Shown here in pieces: positions 24,153 to 36,000 of a stretch of 64,000 nt of DNA. Origin of the DNA: Hyphochytrium catenoides. Lineage: Eukaryota; Protista; Hyphochytriomycota. A program made the translations under genes and the position numbers. The notes beneath the pieces were generated by a model. It saw only the letters and a list, made by a program, of their open reading frames with translations. It made no database searches and was not told where the DNA came from. Numbering within the stretch: the stretch's first letter is position 1; every line of letters starts with the position of its first letter. The stretch covers positions 1 through 64,000 of the forward strand of contig FLMG01001983.1 in NCBI GenBank assembly GCA_900088475.1, given 5' to 3'.

Positions 24153-24453
24153 GATGCGATGCGAACTCTATGAACTTTGGAGTTTTGAAGGAGCGATGAA
24201 CAAGGTGTTGAAAGCAAGCAAATGAATGGTTTGCTCATGTAGAGCTCGCGTGCCAAGGACAGGAAGGATACTATAAGGCTGATCCTCAACTGCTGAGGCG
24301 GAGAACTATGCGGTGGGCTTTAGTATGCAATGCGGGGTGCAAAACTACATCTCCGGGTGCCTATTGCCCAGGCATTATATCGAGCACCTTTCAGACAGAT
24401 TGCAGCGAGATCTGGCGGTAGTCAACCTCTAAGGGCGACAACCTCATAAGGCC

Positions 24454-27400
24454 ATGGAGCCTTCAACGCTGTTCGAGCTTGCTTTTGAAAATAAGCAGGA
24501 GTTGGGCCCACTAAAGGGTGCCGCAATCATCACTGAAGCTAGCGGCCTAGCCGCGATCCGTCATATCACTCTCGTCAGAACTCAGAGTTGCGTCCTAAAA
24601 GTCTTTGTTGAGGAATCCCTAGAGGTAGGAGCGCTCCAACGTATGGACATACGTGAAGCTTGAGCGTGAATGTATCTTTGCAGCGTGTCCTTAGGTTCCC
24701 GAGTGATGTTATTGCTATTGCCGCATCGCCTCCTTATGTGAGTGAGGAGCGCCATAGAATATGTGTCATTGCCACGAAGGATGGAGGCATCTGGATATTC
24801 AAGCTCTTAGACCTTCTAGAGAGTCAAAGCCCGTCCACGAGAACCGCAGTGGAGGAGCATCCACTGCTTGAGGATCACTCCTTTCTGTCCTCTCCGTCTG
24901 GTGGTACTCAACTCGTATTTCTCCCTGCCATTCATCTATTTTTAAGTGAAACTGAATAACAGGTACAGGCCGTCCGAGGAAGAGGAAGAGGGTAGTGAAG
25001 GGACACCAATATGGGGCTTTGAGCCTGCTTTGGGACCTATGGGAAGACAGGTGAGACCCATCTCTCTTGATAAGCAACTAGTCAGAAAGGGCCAGTCAGG
25101 GTCTAATCTAGCTACGTAGAAGGAATTGCCTCTTCTATCAGGCCGCAGTCCATAATCTGCACGTTTGTCAACCAAAAGCAGAAAGCGATGAGGCAGAGAT
25201 CTATCTCCTTAGCTTAACAGCTCCAACATGTCGAAGAATCTTCTCTATCGAAAAGGCAACTTTAGGTAAGACTTCTGTCTCGTTATTTCTGCCGCTCCTA
25301 ACCCTACTCCTTAAAATGCGTGCTCTTACCTCTCGATTCCTTGTCTCACTTCTTAACGACTCTCCGCGGCTTAGTTGGCGATGTCCAGTTCTTGCCCTTT
25401 GACGGTGAGCGATCGACATGTCTCACCACTATTGGCTGTGGGAAATATGCCGATCAGGCAGACTGGATTATTCCAAGACAGCTTTATGGAGCGCTATTTG
25501 GAGTTGACTCTGCACTGAAAGGGCAGTCAGTTATCCTCCAGGTACACAGTCGAAGCACAACTACGTGGATTCTCTCTGATTTTCATACTATTCCTCGTTC
25601 GGGCGGGACTCTACCACTTCTGTGCCTTAGACTCCTCTGGCCTAGATTTAACTGCCTTTGGGCTTACCTGCGAATTACCACGGGACGCTATTTCTCTGTT
25701 CGTCATCGTTTGAAACTTCAGGGAGACTCCGACGGCACTGTGAGGTACATACTACGCGGAGATGGGCAGCAACGTGTGCGTCAGCTTCTAGACATAGGAG
25801 ACTCGGTGGTGAAAATATTTACTGCAGGCAATGGAGAGAATACACCAGAAACGTAAGTTTAGACGTTCACGAAGAGTAAAGAAGGGGTAGGGATCCTAAG
25901 GTTCATGAGGAGACAGCTGCCGCTACCCTCATTGCAGCCGATTCCGCTTTTCTTTCCGTGTGTTCGTTGTGGCCGCTGGCCCGTACCAGTTCCTTATCTG
26001 TAGAAATATTCCTCCCTTACCAGGCACAGGCAAAGGTCTGAGGAGCCACGTTTATCTTCTCTTTGCTATCTCCCTCCTCACTGTCTGGCTCGGCATAGAG
26101 ATCCAGCGGGGACTGCCGTTTGTGTCGTTGGCTTCTCAGGGAAAGTGAAAGTTGTCAGTTATGATGGTGACAATGCTAAGAGTCACCTGCGCCTCCAAGA
26201 GCTTCAGCTACCTGGTCCAGTAAGGTCAGCCGTATCTTACAAGGGGCAGCTGGTGCACTGCTCAAAGGGTGTGATGTATACCACATCACTCAGTACCAGT
26301 GAAAAATCACTGACACATCGTACGCCATTCGCACGGGTAAGAGTTCTATCACACATATAAAAAGCCCTACATCCCCTCTGCTGTATGGTTACCATTCAAG
26401 GCGTAGGATGGCGGATCGTTGTCTCTTCTTGCCGTGATTTTTTGGTGGTCGAGTGTACCTGCTCCTCAATAGTTCTAACACCTGTGTTGCGGCAGAACAT
26501 TACCTATATTGCCTCGTCGCCGCGGTCGGTCTACGTCCTTGCTCATACCGGAACTCTCTATCGGCTGACTACAAGCAAAGTAAACAAAGGGGACCAAAAC
26601 GACAACCTTGAGTCAGGTAACTTAGGACCCTTGGTCATTATGATTGGCATGGCAAGACTAGAATGAAAACTGTTCGGCCGCTGGAGAAAGAGGGAAATAG
26701 CTCAAGCTCACAGGCTCAAGGAATGATGTCTGAAAGGGGCAGGGCGAACAACGCAACACCTGGTTGATCGCAAGTTGGCTGGTGGCAAACCACATGAAGC
26801 CGCCAATGTTACTCATCCTCTGACTTGGCATAGGTGGAGTCTGCTTGAGCAAGACCCAGGGAGAGCAGGTAGAAGAGGTGCTGGCGCAGCTTGGGCGGCA
26901 GTCCGAAGTCCAAGGGAAGTTGGTGAAAGAAAAAGACCAGTTAGACAACATCATCCGATTGTTGAACCAGGCTGTCCACTTCCTTATGAACGTGAGGAGG
27001 CAAGGTGAGAAGAAGACAGCTCTTCGTATGCAACTATAAGATGTAGGAGCTCACCTGCGGCATCTTCAGGTCTCTCCACCTTATTACAGCCTTCCCTTCA
27101 CCTCTCACTGATCCCGGACGCTCTAGAGGAAAAATCTGGACAACTTCAGATCGTTTTTGAGGTGCAGCTACGGGTACTGCAGAAGCTTCCAACCTTCATG
27201 GAACCGAATAACTGGTAACTAAAGACAAATAGAGGTAGAAGGGAAGGGAAAAGCATAGAAAGTGTAAGAGGGTCCCAGAGATGGTTGGAAAGTAATCTGA
27301 AGGAAGAGCAGAATAAATAGTAGTAGAGTTCTGCAAGACAATAGGTGGAATGTCGGTCCGGGGACTGAGGCAAAATGACGAGAAGTAGGAACTGGCAAGG

Positions 27401-29003
27401 CCGCTAATATAGCCTTGTCTACTATCTAGGGCCATCCTAATACGGTCCGTACAGCATCAGGGCGATGTCGAGTCCATCACGATCCCGCTTAGTAAGATGG
27501 CACGCAGAGCAGGTCTCTTCTCTGCCAAGGTAGAGTCCAAGCGAGAAGGCAATCAGCGCATCTCAACAGATCTCTGGCTGGTTTATGCGATTGAATCCGG
27601 CGGTCTAGCGGGAAGGCAGGATGACATCGAGGACTGCACAACCCGAGAGGGACGTGCTCGGACTCTTAGACAGCACTTGCAAAGTCTCACGTTCGATATC
27701 TTAGACCTCTGCACTCCTTTGGAGACTGTCCCTGCAAGCACTATTAGTATGCAGCAGAGACCTTCCCCCTCTTCAGCATACTCGTTAAACCGATGCAATT
27801 TCACATCTATCGAGCCTCGAGCCTCGCGTGATCTGATTCCTGCGGATCCCGTGTGGCACAATGCTGCGAAAGAAGCCTTAAATGCATTGGAGAGAAACGA
27901 AACAGGAGAGACTGGGGCTTCGAGGACGTACAGGGAAGGTACATAGCTGAAAGTTTCGCCGACAATTCTTAGTGCCCAGTAGTCTGTCTCCATTATACTT
28001 GCTACTGCCTTGTTTCACACTCTCATCCAACCGTCTGCGGTCCTATAGGCGAAGCTTCTTCGCTTACGGATGAGGCCACACAGAGCACATTTCTGGTCCT
28101 CTCTGTCACCGAACGTCATCGAGAGCTCTTCACAACATCGATCAATCTGCTCAGAACTCTTTTGGGTGAGAACAAGGCTTTGAAGTTAGACGAAAAGCTT
28201 TCAGCGGCCGGAGGCGTCACGAGGAGTGGCGGGCTAATAGTCATAAGGACCTCTCTAAAGAGAGGGAATAACGGCGAAAAGGTCGGCATCGCACCTGGTT
28301 TTCTCTCCACCTCCCTATTTGCAAGCTCCCTCTGCATAAGTTGGGATCACCCTTCTGACCGCGGAAGTATGCCTTCTATTCTGACACCAACGCTCTCGCT
28401 ATCTCAGGCTATAGAAGTTTCGATTGCAGTCTCGTCACCTAAAGATTTGAGCTTGGTAAGTCAGGGAGCTGGCCCGTACGGGACGGAAGCCCCGTGAAGC
28501 GACATCAATGCACGTTCGTGACCTTGTTGCTTTCAACTTCTGAAATATACTTTGTCTTTAGGTTCGCGGCGCACTGCTAAGGCGTCTGGAAGTGTTGGTT
28601 CAAAGCTGCAACGAAGGAGAGTTATCCACTGAGACTGTCTTAGCCGTTGCCAAGGCCATTTACCAGCGGAACGCCGCTTTCAGTGGGATAGGAGGCGACC
28701 TCATTGAGCTGCTGTGCCAACTGAGGGTAAGCTATTACTTATGCTGCGTCTATCTTTCCGCGATGCCTTTCGCTCGTCTTCTACGGCTATGGTTACCTCC
28801 TCTCACTTTCCTTATGTTATACTTTCTCCCGGACCCTATCCCAGTAGCTAAGCTCACTCTTTTCCTCTGTTTAGCTGCAGAGGGAAGACTATCAAGATAA
28901 GCGGCGCCTTGATGGACAACTCCAGGTCGACCGTCTGCGTACAGAGAACGAAATGCGGCGCCTGTATGAGTCCTTCAGGGCTTGTAGCATATTCTTCCTC
29001 TAG
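24454..29003 (+). CDS. FAAP100: Fanconi anemia core complex-associated protein 100-like, multi-exon
   Basis: Collinear motifs LYGALFGVDSALKGQSVILQ/GDSDGTV, LQLPGPVRSAV, GEQVEEVLAQLGRQSE...LDNIIRLLNQAV, IEVSIAVSSPKDL and C-terminal MRRLYESFRACSIFFL*. These parallel human FAAP100 LFGADATLLQSPVVLCGLPDG, LPGPVLCA, GQKIKELLSGIG and LLQVYRQLR...ILL*. Confidence 0.7.
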
Positions 29004-29381
29004 ACTGGCCCGTTAGCTCATCCATGTTATTTATTATCAAGTGCCGCCATCCTATGGTGGCCTTCCTAGTATACATTGGCTTCTCAGCCTTCTGTCTTCG
29101 CGTGCCCTATTCATTCTGCTTTTTGTATCGAAAGCAAGACTGCTAGTATCGGCCCGTTCTTTGGCACGTCTCCCTCCTTAGTCTTACCGACGCTCGTCTA
29201 TCCTATCTTCCCTTTGGCGAAAGAGTGTCCGAGGTAGCCTTAAGACAAAACCCTGTCCTCCAAAGATACCGGTACATGTATCTGTCTGGGTGACAAAGCA
29301 TCACATCCTAACTCTGCTCAGTTCATGGGGCAGCGATAGAGACGAAGAGACCATTTCGTCTAGAGATGGTCTTCTTCTGCA

Positions 29382-30510
29382 TTACATCTCTGGCTCAAGG
29401 GTGTCCCTGTGAACCTTCGCCATCTCCTCAACATCCTTCCTCATGTCGAAGTCCCCATCCTCATTAAGCTTGTTCTGGTACCACTCGTCCGCATCGGCCC
29501 ACACTAAAACAGAAAGACCATCGGTACATCAGATTGGCCGATGAGTACGGAAAGCGGACAAACCGGACAGGAGTGTGTGGATAGAGCGGAGACATAGGAG
29601 GCATGATGGATGAACCGAGAGACCTCACAATGCAGACAGTAGGATAACGGATGTCCACGGTGCTTGAGAGAAGAATGCGTCGCGCAAGCATACCAGACTG
29701 CTTAGAACCTAGCTTGTTCTTCATGGGCTTTGCAATGTTCACTTTAAGCACCCTTCCTAGCAGCTCAGCATCTAGATGTAGAGTGGAGAGAGTAGAGTAG
29801 ATGTAGAGAGGAGAAGAAGAAGCCGTCGCGTACAGTCAGAACTGAAGAGAAGAAAGCTCAAGTCAGCGGAAAGGGAAGGGAGCGGATAGGAGTCGAAGAC
29901 TAAGCCCAACATTCAAGCATAAGATGCAAGACTTGGAAGAAAGAATGCACCATGAGCCCACCTACCGTTCATGTTCTCTAAAGCTGCCGCAGCGTCTTCC
30001 TCCTCTTCAAACTCTACGAAGCCAAATCCCCTATTGCGCTCTGCATTTATAGGAGGTGTCGTAAGGCCCATAAGGTCTATCCTAGCTCGGCGCACTCTCC
30101 TTCGGTATGGACATGCCTCTATGCCTCGCTTCCGATTTATCTTTCTATAGTCCTTCTGCCAACGCAGCTGCCCAGGTCTGTCTCACTTTGTACTCCCGTG
30201 CTCGAGAACTAACCTAAGCTGCTGTCTTTCTTCTTCTGATCTCTGTCGCTCCTTCTCTTTAGCTCGTTGTGTCAAAGGTTCTCCTCTCTTTTCACTGCGA
30301 TCTATCGTTCTCTATCTGCTCGTTGTACCACCGCCTAGAAGGTGACCCATGTTGCGCTTTCGGCCTACCTGTGACATGATCCATGGGGATTTGAACCTCT
30401 CTGATCTCGCCAAATGGGATGAAGGCAGCATGAAGAATTGCATCGGTGACTTCTGTGTCCAATCCGCCAACGTAAAGAATTCTCTTCTTTCGCACAGCTA
30501 CTTCCGCCAT
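29382..30510 (-). CDS. RRM-only protein of the cyclophilin-33/PPIE RRM family (4 exons)
   Basis: [73 protein letters not shown] and [10 protein letters not shown] stop codon follows with no cyclophilin domain. Confidence 0.88.
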
Positions 30511-30979
30511 GGCGTACCAAAGACACCTTTCAACTCAGCCCTGAAGAGCTTTCAAGCCTTCACTACCTGCTTCTTCGATGATACGGCGGTCAGAATCGCT
30601 GCTGGAGCTTCGCAGGCAGATGAAGAATTTTGAAGACTATCATACCCAAAGATCAGCGTCTGCAAAGCTGCAGAAAAGCTTTTTCTGTCGATCATCGGCC
30701 CACCACCCTCGTACTAATGCGAAAGTATCTGGATTCTCTGCTGTTGGCAATTACTAATTCTTTGCATTTACAGGTAACTAAGACGCTACTTTTAAAACAG
30801 TGAACATGACCTACCCCGGACAAATAGAAAACCTTAGGATCTCAGTCCATGGCTTCATGCTCACCTAACGTTTCGACCAGAATGAGCTTTATTTTTAGGC
30901 TTGCTGGTTGGCAAGTGTATCTATCATCCTTCCTTCGCGCCTTGAGCGCAGGACAGCTCGATGTAGAATCGATAAGACC

Positions 30980-32359
30980 CTAGGCCTTGGAGCCTCTATG
31001 GGTCCGTGTCAAGCCCTCGTCTGCTAGAAGTGCCAGGGTCATCTTCTGATTTAGCGTAGCTTCGAAGAGCTCCTGCTGCCCAGACTCTCTGGCTGCCTCT
31101 CCATGTTCCTTTACATAGCTTTCCAGGTCCCGAAAGCTTCCGCTCCCAGCTAGAATGTCCCTGGCTAAAGGCTCTGACGACCAGGAGGAATAGCGCTTCG
31201 CAGTCATGGAGTCTAGAGTTCCGTCTTGAAGAATATATGCCGCATTACGCAGCCCTCTGGCAAAGGTATCCATGGCAGCAATATGCGCTATGAAGATATC
31301 AGCAGGGTTGATGGACTCTCTACGTACTTTGCAGTCAAAGTTAAGTCCTCCAGGGGCCATTCCTCCCATCTCTATTACCTTCTTCATAACCAGCGTTGCC
31401 TTCTTTTCGTCCATTAAGAACTGGTCCGTATCCCAGCCCAACATAGGATCTCCCGAATTGCAGTCTATCGAGCCTAACATGCCGTACTCCGCCGCCAGAA
31501 CAATATCATGCTCATATTCGTGCCCTGCAAGCGTCGTATGATTGGGCTCTATGTTCAGTTTGAAGTCCTTTTCCAACTTATAGTGATACAGAAAGGACAT
31601 CACTGTCTGTGCATCATAGTCGTACTGATGCTTGGTAGGCTCTCTGGGCTTGGGTTCGATAAGGAGCTGAAACGTAGCACCGATCTCCTTTTTGTGCTTG
31701 ACAGCCAGATGGAAGAATGCTGCAAGCTGGTCAAGCTCCGCCCTTGGACGAGTATTCAGAAGAGATTGGTAGCCCTCTCTTCCTCCCCAGAAAACATAGT
31801 TCTCTCCCCCCAACTTGTGAGTCACCTCCATTGCTTTTTTTACCTGAGCAGCTGCCCGGGCGAAGACTTTGAAATTGGGGTTCGTGGCAGCGCCGCACAT
31901 ATAGCGGGAATGAGAGAAAAGATTTGCCGTGCCCCACAGAAGTTTGACACCTGTCCTACAATGTGCCTTCAACATATGGTCAGTCACCTGTTCTAGAATC
32001 TGGTTCGTTTCCTCTAACGAGCTGCCCTCAGGAGCAACGTCACGGTCATGAAACGTATAGTAGACCACACCAAGCTTCTTGAATAGCTCAAAGGCAGCGT
32101 CAACACGTCGACAAGCGCCTTCGACGGTATGAGTATTTTCTTCCCACTTTCTTAAAAGGGTAGGCTCCCCGAATGGATCAGCCCCTGTCCCGCGAAAGGT
32201 GTGCCAGAAGCAGACGGAGAAGCGGCACCAGTCCCGCATCGGTCGGCCCAAAATGACTTCATCAGCGTTGTACTCCTTGAAGGACAATGGGTTGGACGAC
32301 TGGCGCCCCTCATAGCGAATGGTCGGGATCTCAGGAAAGTACTCGTCCGCAGTAGCCAT
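30980..32359 (-). CDS. xylA: Class II xylose isomerase, intronless
   Basis: ATG start MATADEYFPEIP. Motifs FWHTF, FHDRD, LWGTANLF, GGENYVFWGGREGY, IEPKPREPTKHQYD, NIEPNHTTLAGH, GWDTDQF and GGLNFD. Confidence 0.97.
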   Translation of the reverse strand: MATADEYFPEIPTIRYEGRQSSNPLSFKEYNADEVILGRPMRDWCRFSVCFWHTFRGTGADPFGEPTLLRKWEENTHTVEGACRRVDAAFELFKKLGVVYYTFHDRDVAPEGSSLEETNQILEQVTDHMLKAHCRTGVKLLWGTANLFSHSRYMCGAATNPNFKVFARAAAQVKKAMEVTHKLGGENYVFWGGREGYQSLLNTRPRAELDQLAAFFHLAVKHKKEIGATFQLLIEPKPREPTKHQYDYDAQTVMSFLYHYKLEKDFKLNIEPNHTTLAGHEYEHDIVLAAEYGMLGSIDCNSGDPMLGWDTDQFLMDEKKATLVMKKVIEMGGMAPGGLNFDCKVRRESINPADIFIAHIAAMDTFARGLRNAAYILQDGTLDSMTAKRYSSWSSEPLARDILAGSGSFRDLESYVKEHGEAARESGQQELFEATLNQKMTLALLADEGLTRTHRGSKA

Positions 32360-33012
32360 CTCCCCCAAAAGGTTGTTCCTCAACAATGCTTTCCCAAGCT
32401 TTGAAGCAGTGGGTGGACGCTCGTCTCTATCAATCACCCAGCTCGGCCCAGAGAACGTGATCAAGTGTCGGTCAGCACCGACGCTATCCTCTGACAATGT
32501 ACGCCTGTGCCTCACCTAATGCAGGCTTCTCCTATCCATGAGAGCTTCAGCTTATTAGCGTCTGTTGAAGATCTTTGCTCAGGTGTTTTGCATAGGAACA
32601 GAACTACAGACGTGCAAATAAGAAGCTTCAACCTGAGTGATCGCCCACCCATCCCGTTACAGTTAATGCTTTTTACATGAGAATCTACCCCGAAATGCCG
32701 CCCCACCCTACCCCATCATCTCTCAAAAACTCCAGAGTAGATGCGTAGGAAACTAAGATTTTGATCTAGAATTAGGTTATCAGTCCAAATGCAACTGTCC
32801 TGGAGTAGTACTGGACAAGACTTTTTTGAGTCTCGGAGCGCTGTGCCCACATCAGCTCCGCCCCGCTCCCTCGCGCGCTGATCATGATCAGAAGCCAGAG
32901 GGGAAGATGGACCTGCAGATTGAGATTGGGAATCGCTATCGCCAGCCAAGTCATGGAAGAGCCGAAGTAGGACACGGTACAAGAGCCACTGTCCGTTAAT
33001 AAGGAGCGTCAG

Positions 33013-36000
33013 ATGGAGCCAAACGCCGATGCGGCTGGCGGTACCGGCCCTCGGCAAGGACGAAGAGCTAATCGCGGGAAGAAGAAAGGATCAAGTGAAA
33101 GTGACAAGGGCCCAGAGATGCCTGTTGACAGAGATTCCTCGTTAACAGATCCTTCTGTGTCGTCATCGAGCCGCAAGGTGGGCGTTTGATCAATCTGTAT
33201 GATACTCGTCAAAGCATATACTCACGCGGTTGCTACATGTTAGAAGACAGCAAAAGCAGCCACGCTTAAGTCGGACCGTGACACGAGTAGACCCTCCAAA
33301 GATGGCAATGAGCCAAACAGAGAGCAATCTGGTCCTAATGTAAGCTCCGCAACCTCTGCTCACCGTAAGAAAACTGCTGGAGAGAAGGAAAAGCGATTGA
33401 GTGGAGATAAAGAGAAGGGCAGGAAACAAAGCCGACCGGGCTTTGAAGTCTATGTCCCGAGGGCCAGGGACGGGACTTCAGGACGTGGACAAACGAGAAC
33501 GATCACAGATTCTGAAAGAGAGACAGATACCGCAAACAGGAATGCTTCACCTGCTAAGCCAATCCGCGCTAGAAAGGCGAAATTGTCCCAGAGTCCAGCT
33601 AGGTCCGAGCACACCGCCACCAGGGAGTTGACTGAGGCAATGGAGCACATTCAGTTTATGGAGAAAGAGTTAGCCTATCGGCGGAGAGAGACGGAGAGAG
33701 AGAAGGAGAGAGAAAGGGAAAGACAGAGAGCTCATGCGGCTGCTGAGGAGAGAAGACAGCGAATAGAAGAAGAGAGAAGAGAAAGAGAGCGGAAGCTTCG
33801 GGAGGAAACCATCAAGAAGATTCAAGAACAAAATATTGAGAAATTGGCGCGAGCGGAGCTCATGTACTCTCTCCTGCAGAGTCACAAAGCCTCTACAGAG
33901 ACTGTAGAATATCCTGAGGCTGCTAGAATACCCAGCACTCAAAGAGGAAGGAGTGAGGCAGCGGGCAAAGACAGAGAAGCAGTGGAGGATACTCTCCCGG
34001 TGGCCTTCTCTGCAGCCGGAAAATCGGCGTCTTATCTTTGTGCTTGCGTGCAAAAGTGGGAGAATCGGTTAAGAGAGATGACTTCCGATATGCATGAGCT
34101 GAGGTATGTCCTTTCATTTCCATCACCGTTTGGTAGAGGATAGGAACGGCCTCTTGCAAATTTCTCTGTTATCTCGTATGTTCCCCTTGTCACCCTCTTG
34201 GGCCACAGCTGGCTCCTAACCCTACTTCGTTGTTGGGACTCACATCTGCCTTTGTCTCCTACCTCCTCTCGTTCCCTAGCGATGATCCTATGCAGGAACA
34301 GGCTACCTCTTGTCTTCGGACAGCTGTGCGAGAAGCCTATCGAGTATTGGTCACAGAATGGCTTCAATTCTCACATGAAAAGAACTTGGACCAGAAGCTG
34401 TGGGCGAATTGGTACAAGGAGATAGAGACATTGCAGAGAAAGCTCAAAGAGGCGAAGGACGTGGAGCAGAATCAGCGAAAGCTGACGGAGAAAGAAAGAG
34501 AAAGAGAGGCGGCCGCCCTCGGATTGACCGTGGGATTCTCCCTTCAGGAAAGCAGTCGTTTAAAGGATAGGCTTAGGGCAGTCATTAGTGGAGCCATAAC
34601 CTACTACTCCCGACTGGTCCAGTCCCTGGTGCACCTCTATCTCCAAAAGCGAGAACCCGAAGACAGGAAAACCCGCCTAGAAGATAGCAGCTCATCCTCG
34701 CCTTCAATGAAGGAAACAAGCGAGGATCTGCTGCCTTTAGCCAGGATAACCCTTCAGCGCACACTCATTGCGGTGGGAGATCTTTCTAGGTATAGCGAGC
34801 AATATAGCCCATCGGCTTCTAAGGACTGGACAATCGCTGAGCAGCACTATTGGAAGGCACTGTACCTGGGCCCAGGAAATGGAAAGGCGTTCAACCAGTT
34901 AGCCGTTATTGCGACATATAGAAGGGACCTACCCTCGGCCATGTACCTGTACTTTCGCGCTCTGGCGGCAACAAGCTCCTTTCCTGCGCGGGAAAATATT
35001 CTTTCTCTGGTTGAAAAGGCACGGCAGCAGCTTAAGAAGCTGCCTCCTCTGGGCAAGGGTGCATCTCTTGAGCAATGTCTCCAATACTTCGGTCTTCACG
35101 TCACAGCAACCGCTGGTGCTCTGTTTTCTCATATCGACGAAGAACACTTTGGGAAGCTTCTTTCTCGATGTCTTAGCACGAGCTCTCAGATGATACGAGC
35201 TTTGGAAGCTACACTATTAGACAGAGTGGACGCAGTACTCGTCAGCAGAGGATTGGAGTCTGCTCTTGGAAGGCGAAGTCAAGAGGTTACAGAAGGCAAT
35301 GAAAGTAGTGCTTTTCACGGCCTTCTAGCTCATGTCGCGCAGATCCTTCATCGTGTTCTCATCATTTCGATACTCCTGGTGCATAACTCTATTGTGAGTG
35401 CAGGCAGATGATTCGTTTGCTACTGTTCGTTGGCCTTTTCCGACACATTGCTGACATTGCAACCTATGTTCTTCGGTGGCGTGGCCTTCCTCACGATTCC
35501 CATTCTTTCTCCCTTCTCATTTCCTTCTTTCTTTCTGAGAGTATTATCTTAACATATCTCGGCTGCTCTTTCCGAACACTCTTCACCTGATTATGCTTAA
35601 GTCGTATGTTCCTTTCCAAATCACCGGTACTTGTCTGTGTTCCCATTAGGTCTTTGCAACATGTTCAGTAACCATCTCTTTCTCCTTTCATAGTCTGCCT
35701 TTGGCCTCCGCGAAGATGGAATGCAGCCTATAGTTTCCTCACTTCCTGCCGACTGGCAATCCGCTCCCCCGCTGGTGAACGCCCTGGTGATGGTCCTTTC
35801 TATATCGAACCGCATTCTTGAGGGGTGTGAGCACGCACTGCAAGCTCGCCGAGGCACGAAGGAAAGGGAGACCGGAGAGGATTATGCAAAGAGGCTCCTA
35901 GGCCCCGTCCTTACAGTATTTGACTGGCTTAGCATCAACTCTGAGCTTCTGTCGCTCGATCACCCTCAAATGACGACATTTAGGATGAAGTTAGTGGCTG

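Noticed and set aside
32360-32515. 52-aa N-terminal extension of xylose isomerase in the ORF track
   Set aside because: It relies on a GTG start. The first in-frame ATG gives the conserved EYFP N-terminus.
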